Shown here: in pieces, positions 41,517-51,350 of the stretch | Position numbering within the stretch: position 1 is the stretch's first letter | How the letters are laid out: every line of letters starts with the position of its first letter | Source of the DNA: a virus | Taxonomy: Duplodnaviria; Caudoviricetes | Virus record (IMG/VR): IMGVR_UViG_3300046534_000888 | Span: 1 to 56,018 of that record | DNA: 56,018 nucleotides | Direction: 5' to 3' (one strand) | Notes under the pieces: model-generated | What the model saw: the letters and a program-made list of their open reading frames with translations, nothing else | What the model was told of the DNA's origin: nothing | The model's database searches: none | Program-made: the position numbers and the translations under genes

Positions 41517-43349
41517 TTATGTGGTTAACCACACTTTTCGTAATGATGCCTCGGCACCAAACATAATTTCAAACTGATGGTCGTCATCAATTACAATAGT
41601 CGAGAATTCAGGCTCATTAATGATTGCATGATATTCTTCTTCGGTTAAGGAAGCAAGTCCCTTAATGTATCGATGGTAGAATCCTTTGCTTTCATCGCTA
41701 CCTTTGAATTCCTTGGCATCCTTATATGAGTAATACCAATATACGTCTTGTTTACGCGACGATATCATAATTGGAGTTCGAGTTAGATGCACTCGTTTTT
41801 CTTCATACAATCGAGGCCAGAACTTATAAAAGAATGCAATCAGCAATCCGCCAATATGATTTCCATCATGGTCGGCGTCGGCAAGTATGGCTATGTTCTT
41901 ATACGTCATCTCATCAATACTGTCAGGGTCGTTTATATTCAAACCTAGAACCGCGACCAATTCACTTAACTCTTTATTCTTGAGCACGTCTGCAGGTTTC
42001 ATATTCCATGTGTTCATAACAACACCACGGAGAGGAAAACCACCTACCGTCTTGGGGTTACGAACCTTGAGCAAATAACCTATCGCACTATCACCCTCAC
42101 ATAAGAACAACGTACCGTCAGGACCTGAAGCAGCAATGTGTTTTGGCACTTTGATCTTCTTAAGTTTCTTCTGTGCAAGAGTTGCGGCACGTTTATCCGC
42201 GGCCAACTTCTTTGCAAGTTGCGCTTCAACGATAGGGCCGATTATATCTTCGGCGCCCATCAATTTCTTGGCAATCTTTTCAAAGTCAATTGAATCAGTC
42301 TTGTTGTAGTGTTCCTTGACTCCACTAATGTTAGAGGTCAGACGTTCCTTTGTCTGTGAATCGTATTTTGGGTCTATGAAGTTACGGGCAAACATCACAA
42401 AGGTTAAACCACCCTTGATCGTGCTCTTTGTAACATCAATCTTGAATTTACGTTTGATGAGTTTCACCAGAATCTCAACGACTTCATTCATTATAAAATC
42501 GACGTAAGTGCCACCAAGACGAGTATTGACACCATTAATATATGATGTAGTTTTGAATCCGTCTTCTGAACTTGCAAAGAAATACGACAGATCGTTTGTC
42601 GCATTGAAAACAGTGCTTGCATCAGGGTCAGTCAGGAATAAGGAAGCATATTTCTTGATATTCGATTCAGCAATACGCTTCTTATTGAACTTGAATTTGA
42701 TTTCAGGGAAAGCAATCTGTAATGAAGTCAATCGATCTTGTATCAACTCTTCGGTGTGTACATCGTCAAGTCGATCAACACCAAACAGAGTGAAGTCAGG
42801 TGTGAATGTAACACGAGTTCCACTACCAGTAGAAGGCTTGTTCAATACAACAATATCATTTGCTCCATCCTTACAAGACACCTTGACAAGATTCTTTTTC
42901 TGCCAAGTTTCACCGACGAATTTCATCGACATAAAGTTGGTACAGGCAGAACCGACACCGTTTGCACCGATGGTAGTTCGTGAATCATCGAATGATGTAC
43001 CCGCGTTGGTTTTTGTCCATGCGGCAACAGGGCGAAGCACAGTCTCACCAGTATGATCGATCACCTTTTCTTGTGGGATGCCGCGGCCATTATCTTCAAT
43101 CGTAATAGAATTACCTTTGACCGAAACTGATATTTGATTTGCCTTTTTGAACTTGGTTCGAATAGCTTCATCAATAGCATTATCAATGATTTCATCTACC
43201 ATTTTGTTTAAGGCAGGAACATACTCAATTGATTTCCAATCGCCGACAACGAAACGTTCAAGACTTTCCCGCGCGGTCGAACCCAAATACATTCCGGTAC
43301 GGGTCCGAACATGTTCGCGCGGTGATAATATTTTAAACTCTTCCTTCAT
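41517..43349 (-). CDS. 39: DNA topoisomerase II large subunit (fused T4 gp39+gp60)
   Basis: EIIDNAIDE, DNGRGIP, GANGVG, EGDSA, PLRG, DADHDG, YIKGL. Confidence 0.96.
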   Translation of the reverse strand: MKEEFKILSPREHVRTRTGMYLGSTARESLERFVVGDWKSIEYVPALNKMVDEIIDNAIDEAIRTKFKKANQISVSVKGNSITIEDNGRGIPQEKVIDHTGETVLRPVAAWTKTNAGTSFDDSRTTIGANGVGSACTNFMSMKFVGETWQKKNLVKVSCKDGANDIVVLNKPSTGSGTRVTFTPDFTLFGVDRLDDVHTEELIQDRLTSLQIAFPEIKFKFNKKRIAESNIKKYASLFLTDPDASTVFNATNDLSYFFASSEDGFKTTSYINGVNTRLGGTYVDFIMNEVVEILVKLIKRKFKIDVTKSTIKGGLTFVMFARNFIDPKYDSQTKERLTSNISGVKEHYNKTDSIDFEKIAKKLMGAEDIIGPIVEAQLAKKLAADKRAATLAQKKLKKIKVPKHIAASGPDGTLFLCEGDSAIGYLLKVRNPKTVGGFPLRGVVMNTWNMKPADVLKNKELSELVAVLGLNINDPDSIDEMTYKNIAILADADHDGNHIGGLLIAFFYKFWPRLYEEKRVHLTRTPIMISSRKQDVYWYYSYKDAKEFKGSDESKGFYHRYIKGLASLTEEEYHAIINEPEFSTIVIDDDHQFEIMFGAEASLRKVWLTT

Positions 43350-43648
43350 ACTGCAACAACCTTGAAAACGGTGAACATTTTAAATGCCCAATCATCAATC
43401 GTTGGTGACGCACGATCATGAAGATCATGAAGATACAACGACTGAGGTTTATCAATCGATTCAAAACCGATTCGTGTTGCATCGTCAGTGTCCTGTTCGT
43501 ATTTTAATGCGGCACGTTCTGCCGTAATACGTGAATAGAAAACACCGACAAGGTCGTTTGTGTCAACGGTACGAACGGTGTAGGTTCGTGTGAATTCAAC
43601 CATTGTTTCTTTCAATTCAGTTTCTGTCATATTGTATTGGTTTGTCAT
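43346..43648 (-). CDS. hypothetical early protein
   Basis: After early promoter. Confidence 0.7.
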   Translation of the reverse strand: MTNQYNMTETELKETMVEFTRTYTVRTVDTNDLVGVFYSRITAERAALKYEQDTDDATRIGFESIDKPQSLYLHDLHDRASPTIDDWAFKMFTVFKVVAV

Positions 43649-43804
43649 ATTGGTCTTCTCGATTAATTTATACATGTATTATATCACGGGTCATGGTCAC
43701 TGTCAACAACTAAATTCAATTAGTTGTAGAACTTGCAGTTATATCGTTAGAACTTTTAGTTATATGGCACAATCCATGTGCCATAAGGGTTATTAATGAG
43801 GGTA

Positions 43805-44074
43805 TTAATCGATTTTATGGTAGGAATTCATCATCTTGGTGATGATATCGTCTACCTTCACTGTGGTATTGACAATATCTGATATGATTGATCTGGTATT
43901 CTGATCAAGCACGACTCCTTCGTTTTTCCTCACAACAGCATAGTCGATGAAGTCATTGATATGAGTTACAGGTTTATCCGAGGAGAAATTCCACTTTCCC
44001 GCATGATCAATGAATAATGGGTCACCTTCGACCCAATGATTCGGCTTGTATTTGTCATGGTTATCTTTGATCAT
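43805..44074 (-). CDS. hypothetical protein
   Basis: ATGA overlap. Confidence 0.7.
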   Translation of the reverse strand: MIKDNHDKYKPNHWVEGDPLFIDHAGKWNFSSDKPVTHINDFIDYAVVRKNEGVVLDQNTRSIISDIVNTTVKVDDIITKMMNSYHKID

Positions 44075-44631
44075 TCTATCGATTCCTTTTCGTTTATGTC
44101 GGCTAGATTATTAAGTCGTTCAGACACTTCTCGGCTTGTTAACCAAATGTCTTTATTGTCGAGCATCGATTGAATTTCTGCTTCGTCTAGGAAGTTGACA
44201 TAAACTTCATTAAGGAATCCTTCGCTCCATTTACGTTCATACATTACATTGTCATACATCTCGCCACCTTTACCGACAACACCACCGCTATAATTGTGAA
44301 ACATAAACATTGAGTTAGATGAGATTTCATATGAATTGGCACACAACAGGATTATTGTTGCTGCGCTCATACAACAGCCTTCAACCGATGCAATTATATA
44401 TGCTTGACTTTCTTGGAGTACTCGTGTAAATTGTAGAGCGGTGTCCATGTTACCACCCTCGGAATTAATGTAAATCTTTATAACATCTTCCTTTGTTGCT
44501 TTGCGGATGGTTTCAAACCAACCTACATACTCTTCTGAATTACCTACAGGTCCCGACAAATAGAACTCATACAAATAACCAATTGGTGTTGCTGTGTAGG
44601 TTTTAAACCCATTCTGTTCGTTTATATTCAT
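44071..44631 (-). CDS. ClpP-like protease
   Basis: YINS.GG, G.C.SAAT, FMFH, D.WLT..E. Confidence 0.88.
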   Translation of the reverse strand: MNINEQNGFKTYTATPIGYLYEFYLSGPVGNSEEYVGWFETIRKATKEDVIKIYINSEGGNMDTALQFTRVLQESQAYIIASVEGCCMSAATIILLCANSYEISSNSMFMFHNYSGGVVGKGGEMYDNVMYERKWSEGFLNEVYVNFLDEAEIQSMLDNKDIWLTSREVSERLNNLADINEKESIE

Positions 44632-44640
44632 TTTCGTCTC

Positions 44641-45315
44641 CTAGAAGCCATTGACTTTTCTATATTGATCACGTACCGATAACAATTTAGGAATCCAATC
44701 GTAAATCGGCTCGATGAATATTTGAGGTTTGTGATAGTCTACAGCAATTGCAATTACCGATTGTTTCGGTAACATACCTGTTTGTTCAAATAAAGCAGCG
44801 CCGTAGAATGCACACTGCATGAAATAACTTTCTACCCATTCTCTCTTCTTAGGTTTCGCACTGGTTTTGAAATCGATGATTGATAATACACCATCCCATT
44901 CAGCCACAAGATCAACACGTCCCGCAATTTCTAACTTGTCGGAATATAGTGCAACTTCCTGAGCGTATATGTCGCCAATCGATTTATCAAGTACGGGTTT
45001 TAAACTATGAAATCCTGCAAGTACGTTGGGCATGTTGCCCCCGATATAATCTTCCTTATTGGCAAGATAATCTTCAGCGACTTGATGAACCGCAGTACCT
45101 CGAGTCGCGGCGTGGCGTGATACACGATCAGACTCTTCTTTACCTACGTTCTTTTTCCATTGTTCGATTGCATCCTTTGATAGGCTCGACAACACTGTGG
45201 TGATAGAAGGATATCGTTTCCCTTCGGGCGTCATATACAAACGTCGACCGTGAACCATTTCAGCGGTCAAATCTTTGTATTGTAGAGGAAGTCCGACGTG
45301 ATTGAACACTACCAA
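44641..45315 (-). CDS. PD-(D/E)xK exonuclease (T4-like phage family)
   Basis: YPSITTVL, RGT.VH, AGRVD, IIDFKTS, YF.Q...Y. Confidence 0.88.
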   Translation of the reverse strand: MVVFNHVGLPLQYKDLTAEMVHGRRLYMTPEGKRYPSITTVLSSLSKDAIEQWKKNVGKEESDRVSRHAATRGTAVHQVAEDYLANKEDYIGGNMPNVLAGFHSLKPVLDKSIGDIYAQEVALYSDKLEIAGRVDLVAEWDGVLSIIDFKTSAKPKKREWVESYFMQCAFYGAALFEQTGMLPKQSVIAIAVDYHKPQIFIEPIYDWIPKLLSVRDQYRKVNGF

Positions 45316-46001
45316 TCAACTCCTAACTTCATCATTTCCTTTGTCATAATGTATTCACGAACAAGATCACTTCGAACGATATCTTCCCAACCGAATTCAA
45401 TGCTCTGAAACATTTTCATATTTGAAACGATATCAAGAAACGTGAGAATGTCTTCCTTATCCTTTCGAGTGGTGAAATCACTTTGACGATAATCGCCACA
45501 TGCAATGAACTTGCAATTATTACCGAGTCGCGTAATCGTCGTATTCAATTCACGGCCTGTAAGATTTTGCATTTCATCCACGATAACGATAGCATTGTCG
45601 ATGGTGATTCCTCGCAGAAAGGAAGTGGTTACAAATTGAACATCTCCATTTGCTTTCAATCTGTCCCATGCATCACTTGAATTGAAAAGATCATTACATA
45701 TAATCATGTAAGGCGCTTCATAAACAAGTTTCTTTTCTTCTTCATCACCTGGGAGAAAACCAATGTCTCGTGTAGGTACGATTGATCTAACGATAATCAA
45801 TTGCTTGTATTGCGTTTCTTTATCTAATATATCCACTAATGCATTGGCAATTGCCACAAATGTTTTACCTGTTCCTGCTGCTCCTGATAGAATGAGATTA
45901 TAATTATCTTTATACGCCTTAAATACTCTTTCCTGATTTTTAGTTATAGGTTCGACGTATTTTAGGTCTTCAAGTTTTAATTTGGAACTTCTTGCTTTCA
46001 T
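45309..46001 (-). CDS. phoH: PhoH-like ATPase
   Basis: GAAGTGKT, IGFLPG, FLRG.T, VDE.QN, GD..Q.D, DIVRS. Confidence 0.95.
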   Translation of the reverse strand: MKARSSKLKLEDLKYVEPITKNQERVFKAYKDNYNLILSGAAGTGKTFVAIANALVDILDKETQYKQLIIVRSIVPTRDIGFLPGDEEEKKLVYEAPYMIICNDLFNSSDAWDRLKANGDVQFVTTSFLRGITIDNAIVIVDEMQNLTGRELNTTITRLGNNCKFIACGDYRQSDFTTRKDKEDILTFLDIVSNMKMFQSIEFGWEDIVRSDLVREYIMTKEMMKLGVDW

Positions 46002-46232
46002 CTAGTAATCCGGGATGTTATTTACGCGGTGGGTTTCTTTGACTCGGGCAATCGCTTCTCTGAAGCCGTCGTCAACTTTGATGTTTGTACCAACACCACT
46101 AACGATTCTTGGTGAACCGACGATCTGTCTTATATGTGGGTTTTGAATTAGATATTCGCCCATTGCTTTATAGCTCATTAGCTTTTCGAATCGTTCTTCG
46201 GTTTCACGGTTTTCAAAATCGTATAGTGGCAT
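46002..46232 (-). CDS. FmdB-like small protein
   Basis: MP.YDF.N..T.E.FE. Confidence 0.75.
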   Translation of the reverse strand: MPLYDFENRETEERFEKLMSYKAMGEYLIQNPHIRQIVGSPRIVSGVGTNIKVDDGFREAIARVKETHRVNNIPDY

Positions 46233-46249
46233 GATAATTCTCGTTATAG

Positions 46250-46411
46250 TTAAAAGTGTGTATCTTCAATATCAATGATTTTGGAGTTTATAAACTCCAT
46301 TTTAGTTTTCATTTTGTATGCCTTTTTCTGATTGCCTTGTTTCTCAAGTTTAAACATATAGTGCTTTAGTTCCTTTGAATCTCTTTTAAGACGTTCTATT
46401 TGTGGCGACAT
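46250..46411 (-). CDS. hypothetical protein
   Basis: GAGGT RBS before MSPQIERL. Confidence 0.75.
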   Translation of the reverse strand: MSPQIERLKRDSKELKHYMFKLEKQGNQKKAYKMKTKMEFINSKIIDIEDTHF

Positions 46412-46427
46412 ACTTACCTCGTAGTAT

Positions 46428-46463
46428 AAAAAAAGGCCGAACGGATTTACTCCAATTTCGGCC
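46428..46463 (-). terminator. intrinsic terminator overlapping a 15-aa leader ORF
   Basis: GGCCGAA...TTCGGCC plus 7 T. Confidence 0.75.
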
Positions 46464-46494
46464 ATCGATTGTTTATGATAGGATTGTTTATCAT
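46447..46494 (-). CDS. putative leader peptide 3 (MINNPIINNRWPKLE)
   Basis: ATG 5 nt after TATAAATA (46500-46507); stop codon in terminator loop. Confidence 0.5.
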   Translation of the reverse strand: MINNPIINNRWPKLE

Positions 46495-46514
46495 AAAGCT
46501 ATTTATAAAACGAG

Positions 46515-46946
46515 TTACTTCAAGATTAAGGTTGGGAATTCACCCGCCACCACTTTCTTGGTGAGACCCTTGATGACTCCAGCCATCTTCTTGTCTTTCA
46601 TCAACAAGATATATTTCGCATCTTCGGGGTGCAGGTTTTCAATGAAGCGTATGAACTTCCCTTCACGCATTACAGGTGCGAGCTTGGTGCCATTATTACC
46701 CAAAACGAAAATTGCGAGTTGAGGTGACACCTTATCCAAGGGAGTTGGATTTCCCAACTCTTTATCTTCAAGATCGAATGGCGTGTATGGAACATCACCC
46801 TTGGGCAAATTCCACTGAATGCTGTCATCAAATGAACCTTTGAGGAAATCTCGTAAACCAATCGAATTGTGCTTTCGCAACACCTTTGCCTTCTCTACAG
46901 CACTTGGTGTAGATGCAACTTCTGCTAATACTTCATGTAAATACAT
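46515..46946 (-). CDS. conserved T4-like hypothetical protein
   Basis: FD..I.W.LP.G..PY...RE..FI...E.LHP.DA. Confidence 0.85.
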   Translation of the reverse strand: MYLHEVLAEVASTPSAVEKAKVLRKHNSIGLRDFLKGSFDDSIQWNLPKGDVPYTPFDLEDKELGNPTPLDKVSPQLAIFVLGNNGTKLAPVMREGKFIRFIENLHPEDAKYILLMKDKKMAGVIKGLTKKVVAGEFPTLILK

Positions 46947-47818
46947 TATAGGAATTCCCCGACACACTCTATCAGTTGTCTGTGTCTGTTGTTAATTAAA
47001 TAGTTCAGAACTTTATTGTTCCCTTTTTCGATCTTTTTCATTTCTGCATCGTGCGAATCGTTAATAGTCAGAGCCAATTCAGTTGGGGTTGAGTTTAGGT
47101 CAACCAACTTCTTGTTTCGGACATAATTACGCCACATTTCTGGAGTCAATGCTTTCTCCATTTCTTCTTCATTCAAACCCAGCAACGGACCAATGAACTT
47201 CTTAACGATAGGTTTCTGTCGTTCCGCATTGACAAACACTTTATCATGGCTGTGAATACTTGGAACACCATCACCTTTGTCGCCGCGAATGATATGCTCT
47301 TGTAGATATTGAACAGGATTGCTATGTTTAACCTGCTTCTTCTGGACAGGGGCAAATTGCTTTACATTGGAATAGCGATGTAATTGAATGAAGTCGTGAT
47401 CACCCGAAACTATCATAACCTTTTCGAATTGACCAAACTCTTGAGTGCGTTCCACGAGTACACCGATGATATCGTCTGCCTCGGCACCTTCTTCATGGAT
47501 TACACTATACGGGAAGTTGTTCTTTAGGTCGTTTCGAACACCATCAACAATTTCAAATAGAGCAGACCAATCAACACCATTTTCTTCGGCTGCGGTTCTA
47601 TCGACCTTACGTTTGTATTTGTATTCAGGAAAGTAGTCTCGACGCCATGAATTTGCATCACAGGCGATAACCATCGTGCCGTATTCCTTTCGGAATTTGA
47701 CATTGTATAGCCGAATGCTGTTAAGAATCATATGACGAATCATATCACCTCGAGTATGATCGAGTTTCTGAACCATAATATTGGCTATTGCTATTGCATT
47801 AAAATCTATAATTATCAC
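46946..47818 (-). CDS. rnh: RNase H / 5'-3' exonuclease (T4 Rnh)
   Basis: IIID, WRRDYFPEYK..R, EADD, SGD.DF.QL, GD.GDG.P. Confidence 0.95.
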   Translation of the reverse strand: MIIIDFNAIAIANIMVQKLDHTRGDMIRHMILNSIRLYNVKFRKEYGTMVIACDANSWRRDYFPEYKYKRKVDRTAAEENGVDWSALFEIVDGVRNDLKNNFPYSVIHEEGAEADDIIGVLVERTQEFGQFEKVMIVSGDHDFIQLHRYSNVKQFAPVQKKQVKHSNPVQYLQEHIIRGDKGDGVPSIHSHDKVFVNAERQKPIVKKFIGPLLGLNEEEMEKALTPEMWRNYVRNKKLVDLNSTPTELALTINDSHDAEMKKIEKGNNKVLNYLINNRHRQLIECVGEFL

Positions 47819-47874
47819 TCATTTAACCTTTTCATTGTATATTTCATATATTATATCATAACTAGTGTGTCTTG

Positions 47875-48297
47875 TCAATCCTTTTTGAATAAAGTTTTAA
47901 CATGGTTGCGATGGATTTTGACCCCTATAAAGGCGTTATAGTAATCTTCAGGCTTTAACAATACTTCAAGATCGAATTGGAGTTTTGCTTCCATGTAGTT
48001 CATTTCACCTTTGGTCATACAGAGCTCTAGTATCTCACGATGGAATCGATCAACACCGAACTCTTCTACCAAACTCTTAACCAATTCACTAGAACCATAA
48101 TATTTCTTCCAATCTGTCTCGACGATTTTCTTACGTTTGTTCTTCTTTCCTTTCAATGGTGGTAGTTTTCGAATCGTCATAAGAGTCTTCTTACCAACAT
48201 ATTTCATTCCATTTGATGTATCGGTTATGCAATATATAAAGCCTTTCCATTCACCAATATCATCAGAGGTGAATTCCGCCCCTTTATAAATCCACAT
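47875..48297 (-). CDS. GIY-YIG family protein
   Basis: GFIYCIT...KYVGKK...W..YYGS. Confidence 0.75.
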   Translation of the reverse strand: MWIYKGAEFTSDDIGEWKGFIYCITDTSNGMKYVGKKTLMTIRKLPPLKGKKNKRKKIVETDWKKYYGSSELVKSLVEEFGVDRFHREILELCMTKGEMNYMEAKLQFDLEVLLKPEDYYNAFIGVKIHRNHVKTLFKKD

Positions 48298-48451
48298 CGT
48301 CATCAACCCCCAATTTAAAGTTTTCTAATATTGTGCAACATTCCATATTGCAATCCATCCCGTCAATGTGACTACAACCTTTTGCAAGGTAGCGGTCACA
48401 CGAATAGACGGGGTCTTTTGGGTGTAGTATCTTTCCTAGAAGTTCAAACAC
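48284..48451 (-). CDS. small Cys-rich protein
   Basis: Hand translation from GTG: ...DPVYSCDRYLAKGCSHIDGMDCNMECC... Confidence 0.55.
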   Translation of the reverse strand: MFELLGKILHPKDPVYSCDRYLAKGCSHIDGMDCNMECCTILENFKLGVDDDVDL

Positions 48452-50188
48452 TCAACCCTCACATGCCACACATTCAGACGAAGCCGCTTTAACACCTGAC
48501 TCGGAACGAATGTAATATAGTGATTTTATATAGGGGTCTTTGAATGCAATCTCATGGATGCGTGAAATGACTTCTTCACTTTCATCGGCACTGAAAAACA
48601 AGTTGATCGATTGTGCCTGATCAATATGTCTCTGTCGAGCCGATGCAAGTCTGATAATGACTTCCTGATTGATTTCGAACGCGGTACGGAATACCATTTT
48701 CTGTTGATCGTCAAGCCATTCTACATGTTGAACAGAACCATTTTCGTCGATGATACCATTAATAGTCTTTGGATTAAATACGCCCTTCTCTTTCATGACT
48801 TTGATCAATACAGGATTGATTCGATCAACTTCACCAGCACTAGTTCTTTGAACATAGGCATTCTTATAAACAGGCTCTATTCCTTGTGACACAGACCCAC
48901 ATAGAATTGCAGAAGACAAATTAGGCGCGATAGCAATACGGTGAGTGTTTCTAAGACCGTAACCTACGCACCATTCAGGTTCACCGTAACGTTCCGCTAA
49001 CCATCGTGAGGCGCGCTCTGAAGCTATGTTGAGTTGTTTAAAGATGCTGTTGTTGATCATGTGTGCTTCCATCGATTCAAACGCCACATTCTTTTGTTGT
49101 AGATAGGTGTGCCATCCCAACGTTCCCAATCCTAATGCTCTACCTTTCTCGGTAAAACGGACTGCCTTTTCTAATCCCTTAATCTTCTTACCTTCGGCAA
49201 TAAACTCTGAAGCAACACAATCAAGGAAAATAGTTGATTCAAACATGACAAGTTCAGGGTCGGGCATTTCATCATACTTAGATAAGTTGACAGATGATAA
49301 AACGCAAGTGAATGTCACATCATCAAAGCCTGTACCGGCCTCACTTGATGAAGCATTCAATGTGATTTCAGTACACAAATTAGATGCATAAACTTTAAGT
49401 CCGCGGTCAGTGTACATAGGTGGGCTTAGTCGATTCACTTTATCAACAAAGAAGTAATAACCCTTTCCTGTAAGCATTTTTACCTTTAAAGCCTTTTGAT
49501 AACGAGCAACTGCATCTTCATCACCTGCATCGAGACGTGCAGTGAAATCATCACTGACATTCCAACCAACGTTCACATCATCTGGAAGTGCTATGATGTG
49601 GTTACACATTTCCCAAAAATCACCTGACTCAATAGGAATATAGCCTGCCCATGAACCACGGCGAGTGCTACCTTGCGAAACGTCACGAGACATTTGAACA
49701 AAGTCTTTGAATACAGGAACAACACCGCTTGCAGTTCCACCAGTACTAATAGGAGTTCCACGTTCACGAATAGCACCAAGATATGAACTTGTACCAAATC
49801 CATTCTTAGATAATAGCGCCGATTCTTTCTGTCCGTCATAAAAATCCAATACTGAATCACCGATGAAACTTCCAGAACATGAAACGGGCATACCACGAGT
49901 TGTACCCATGTTTGCCATGACAGGTGTGCTTGGTGCAAGATAACCATTCCACATCAGGTTAAAGAATTTTTCATTCCACTCGTCTTCATAGCCTACCATA
50001 TGTTTCGACGCACACTTCGCTATACGTTCAAAAGTAGATCGTACATCAGGTTCGTCATCCGTTTTGTATTTCTCCTTGAACATCTGCCAACCTGGTGTTG
50101 TGTACCATTCTGGGATTCGACCTTCGGCTTGCAATCGTTTACGCTCACGTCCTAATTCTTTATAAATCGATACAAACTTTTCGATCAT
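48452..50188 (-). CDS. nrdA: ribonucleotide reductase class Ia alpha subunit
   Basis: SNLCTE, RRG, AIAPN.SS, SQGIEP, DQAQS, KSLYY.RS, C..CEG end. Confidence 0.96.
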   Translation of the reverse strand: MIEKFVSIYKELGRERKRLQAEGRIPEWYTTPGWQMFKEKYKTDDEPDVRSTFERIAKCASKHMVGYEDEWNEKFFNLMWNGYLAPSTPVMANMGTTRGMPVSCSGSFIGDSVLDFYDGQKESALLSKNGFGTSSYLGAIRERGTPISTGGTASGVVPVFKDFVQMSRDVSQGSTRRGSWAGYIPIESGDFWEMCNHIIALPDDVNVGWNVSDDFTARLDAGDEDAVARYQKALKVKMLTGKGYYFFVDKVNRLSPPMYTDRGLKVYASNLCTEITLNASSSEAGTGFDDVTFTCVLSSVNLSKYDEMPDPELVMFESTIFLDCVASEFIAEGKKIKGLEKAVRFTEKGRALGLGTLGWHTYLQQKNVAFESMEAHMINNSIFKQLNIASERASRWLAERYGEPEWCVGYGLRNTHRIAIAPNLSSAILCGSVSQGIEPVYKNAYVQRTSAGEVDRINPVLIKVMKEKGVFNPKTINGIIDENGSVQHVEWLDDQQKMVFRTAFEINQEVIIRLASARQRHIDQAQSINLFFSADESEEVISRIHEIAFKDPYIKSLYYIRSESGVKAASSECVACEG

Positions 50189-51192
50189 TCTACTTGTCCC
50201 CATATGAAGTTGCTTTCTTTCCAGTCTCTGTTATACTCTGAACCGGCAGAGATAAAGAAGTCATGGAGTTTTGATGAATTAATATTCTTATAGAACCACG
50301 CAGCGATGGGATTATAAGTTGGCTTGTATAGCTTTTCGTAACCTAATTGCTCCAAACATAGATCAATTCGGGATTGAACAAACATATCTAGTTGGTGTTC
50401 GGTGATGCCCCGAATTGTTCCTTTTTCAAAAATCATTTTGATTATTTCCTTTTCATGTTCGTAGGTCTTTTTGGCAGTTTTAATAATCTCGGCTTCAAGT
50501 TTCTTAAGTTCTGCTTTTGTTAAATCGGCTTCTTTCAATAGAGTTTTGAATAACCAAGCATCAGCCAATGCGTGTAGATTTTCATCCTTAACTGAGAAGT
50601 TAATACCGGCAATCAAGTTGGTGAGTTTGTTCTTGCCTTCTGCCTGAAAGTGTTTCAGGAATGCGAAGTTGGAATATAGCACAGCACCTTCAATGAATGA
50701 AAACGCGCCAAGACTTCTTAGCAAATCCATGTTGTTATCTGAAGGTGCACTGACAACATCACTAATCCATTCAATGCGATCATTCAGAGTTTTGTTGTTC
50801 TTATATGAATTATAAAACTCTTCGGTTGCAAGTCCGAGGATTTCATTAATCTTCGAATAGAATGGAGCATGCACATTAAGTTCCACATATGCAAACATAT
50901 TGGCCATGCGTTGTATATCGGGACGAGGAAATGCTCTTGCTACTCGGGTCGACCAATATTCGTTGCCAACGTGTAGTTCATATTCCGTAAACAGCTGTAG
51001 TACGGTTGTAACGCCGTGAATTTCTGCTTCGTCAAGGTTGTTCTTGAGATCATGAAGATCCTTCTCCATCGATATCTCGCGGTCTGTCCACAATATATCT
51101 TGTTGTTCTTCCGCGAAGGCGATTGCCTCGAGGTAATCGAATGTATATTCCGATTTTGGGGTTCTTATTCTAGGGAGTTTTCTTTCGGGCAT
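50185..51192 (-). CDS. nrdB: ribonucleotide reductase class Ia beta subunit
   Basis: E..VH..FY, EG..LYS.F, DE.LH, DFF. Confidence 0.96.
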   Translation of the reverse strand: MPERKLPRIRTPKSEYTFDYLEAIAFAEEQQDILWTDREISMEKDLHDLKNNLDEAEIHGVTTVLQLFTEYELHVGNEYWSTRVARAFPRPDIQRMANMFAYVELNVHAPFYSKINEILGLATEEFYNSYKNNKTLNDRIEWISDVVSAPSDNNMDLLRSLGAFSFIEGAVLYSNFAFLKHFQAEGKNKLTNLIAGINFSVKDENLHALADAWLFKTLLKEADLTKAELKKLEAEIIKTAKKTYEHEKEIIKMIFEKGTIRGITEHQLDMFVQSRIDLCLEQLGYEKLYKPTYNPIAAWFYKNINSSKLHDFFISAGSEYNRDWKESNFIWGQVE

Positions 51193-51280
51193 GTATTCGG
51201 TTCCTGTTGTTATTATGTAATTGTTATGGTATTATACACCATCTAGGTGCGTTTGTCAACCCTTATTTATTAAATAAAAG

Positions 51281-51350
51281 GTTGACAAAACTGCGTAGTT
51301 GTGTTATAATAACTAAGTCGTGCCGGGGCAGGTTGGTATGTACTATCTAT
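51281..51350 (+). promoter_or_regulatory. plus-strand sigma70 promoter driving a non-coding G-rich RNA (copy 2)
   Basis: TTGACA-17-TATAAT then aactaagtcgtgccggggcaggttggtat. Confidence 0.7.

Noticed and set aside
42508-43056. 182-aa plus-strand ORF and similar antisense ORFs across the window
   Set aside because: Shadow frames of well-supported minus-strand genes such as topoisomerase, ligase, RtcB and nrdA.
47875-48297. Intron-associated homing endonuclease
   Set aside because: Short free-standing GIY-YIG-like ORF; flanking rnh and nrdA show no interruption.
1986-51259. CRISPR-like array from repeated 40-60 bp elements
   Set aside because: The repeats are dispersed early promoters with irregular, gene-sized spacing, and there are no cas genes.
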